DNA of 64,000 bases from NCBI GenBank assembly GCA_036918135.1, contig JBALDB010000051.1, positions 32,001-96,000 on the forward strand, in the 5' to 3' direction. Below are positions 63,315-64,000 of the stretch, in pieces (the stretch's first letter is position 1; each line of letters begins with the position of its first letter). Origin of the DNA: Nostoc sp. Lineage in GTDB: Bacteria; Cyanobacteriota; Cyanobacteriia; Cyanobacteriales; Nostocaceae. The notes below the pieces were generated by a model. The model was given only the letters and a program-made list of their open reading frames with translations. It did no database searches and was not told the DNA's origin. The translations under genes and the position numbers were made by a program.

Positions 63315-63346
63315 AAATACGGTAAAAAGATAGAAATACCGTATTT
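63315..63346. promoter_or_regulatory. TAC-N20-GTA operator candidate (site 4)
   Basis: AAATACGGTA-12nt-TACCGTATTT, perfect 10-bp arms, 40 bp upstream of the LLM gene. Confidence 0.7.
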
Positions 63347-63386
63347 GATTTAATGACTTGTAGAAAAAGGCACTGGAAAAAGATTT

Positions 63387-64000
63387 ATGCCACTTCAGTT
63401 TGGAATTTGGTCGCCGGTCTGTGGTGGATGGTTGCGAGTTGTCAACCATGAGACTAATTTATCTACCCAAGACTTGGTAAAGCTGGCGGTTCAAGCAGAC
63501 GAGTTAGGTTATCACTTTTATTACATTCCCGAACATTACTTGAATGCAGTTCACGGGCCTAGCTATAATGTCGCTGACGCTTGGATTACAGCAGCTTTAG
63601 CAAGTTTGAACACCAAGAATATAAAGATTGTTGCAGCTGTACAACCTGGTTTTAAACTGCCAGCTGTTGTTGCCAAGCTGAGTGCAAACATTCAAAATCA
63701 ACTCAGTAATGGGAGATTTGCTCTTAGCGGTATTGCAGGTTGGTGGAAATTAGAAGTAGAAAGCTATGGAGACATCTGGCTACCTCATAGCGATCGCTAC
63801 GCACGATTAGAAGAATACATTGATGTGATTAAGGGACTATGGACAGTTGAAGACTTTAATTACGTTGGCAAGTATTACACAATTAATGGTGGTATTCTCA
63901 CAGATAAGCCGATACCAACACCACCGATTTTCATTGCTGGTGAATCAGACCGTGCGATTAACCTAGCGGCTCGTCAGGGAGATTATTTATTTATCAATGC
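63387..64000 (+). CDS. LLM-class flavin-dependent monooxygenase (partial, runs off the window; not in the ORF track)
   Basis: Hand translation MPLQFGIWSPVCGGWL...DAW..AA...IVAAVQPG...GRF.L...AGWW..E...HSDRY.R.EEY...PPIFIAGES; no stop before 64000. Confidence 0.88.
   Translation, partial: MPLQFGIWSPVCGGWLRVVNHETNLSTQDLVKLAVQADELGYHFYYIPEHYLNAVHGPSYNVADAWITAALASLNTKNIKIVAAVQPGFKLPAVVAKLSANIQNQLSNGRFALSGIAGWWKLEVESYGDIWLPHSDRYARLEEYIDVIKGLWTVEDFNYVGKYYTINGGILTDKPIPTPPIFIAGESDRAINLAARQGDYLFIN

Overview
Chromosomal window from a filamentous, probably heterocystous cyanobacterium (Nostoc-like). The assignment rests on frequent GCGATCGC HIP1 octamers, STRR-type heptamer repeats and Nostoc-type housekeeping proteins. 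The left edge holds a compact RiPP cluster: a Nif11-leader precursor whose core carries two QPMYG motifs, a radical SAM/SPASM enzyme and a small helical partner. This matches the PlpA/PlpX/PlpY 'spliceotide' (tyramine-excision, alpha-keto-beta-amide) architecture. The middle is mostly core genome (pepP, M16 peptidase pair, rpmB, htpG, ribBA, argC, eno, dnaX, mgdA, ebsA, moaD, gor). It also contains secreted or signalling proteins, an in-frame RloA/RloB-like deletion fusion, a 10 x 21-bp palindromic tandem array, and many small dispersed repeats and MITEs. From about 45.9 to 55.7 kb lies a zone of gene fragments, including an ISAs1 element disrupted by a 45-bp hairpin insertion. The right end is an organosulfur-scavenging island (SfnG, SfnB, DszC-like, LLM monooxygenase, porin, VOC protein) whose upstream regions share a palindromic TAC-N20-GTA motif. 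No tRNA, rRNA, CRISPR array or reverse transcriptase was recognised. All family calls come from motif recognition by eye, with no database search.
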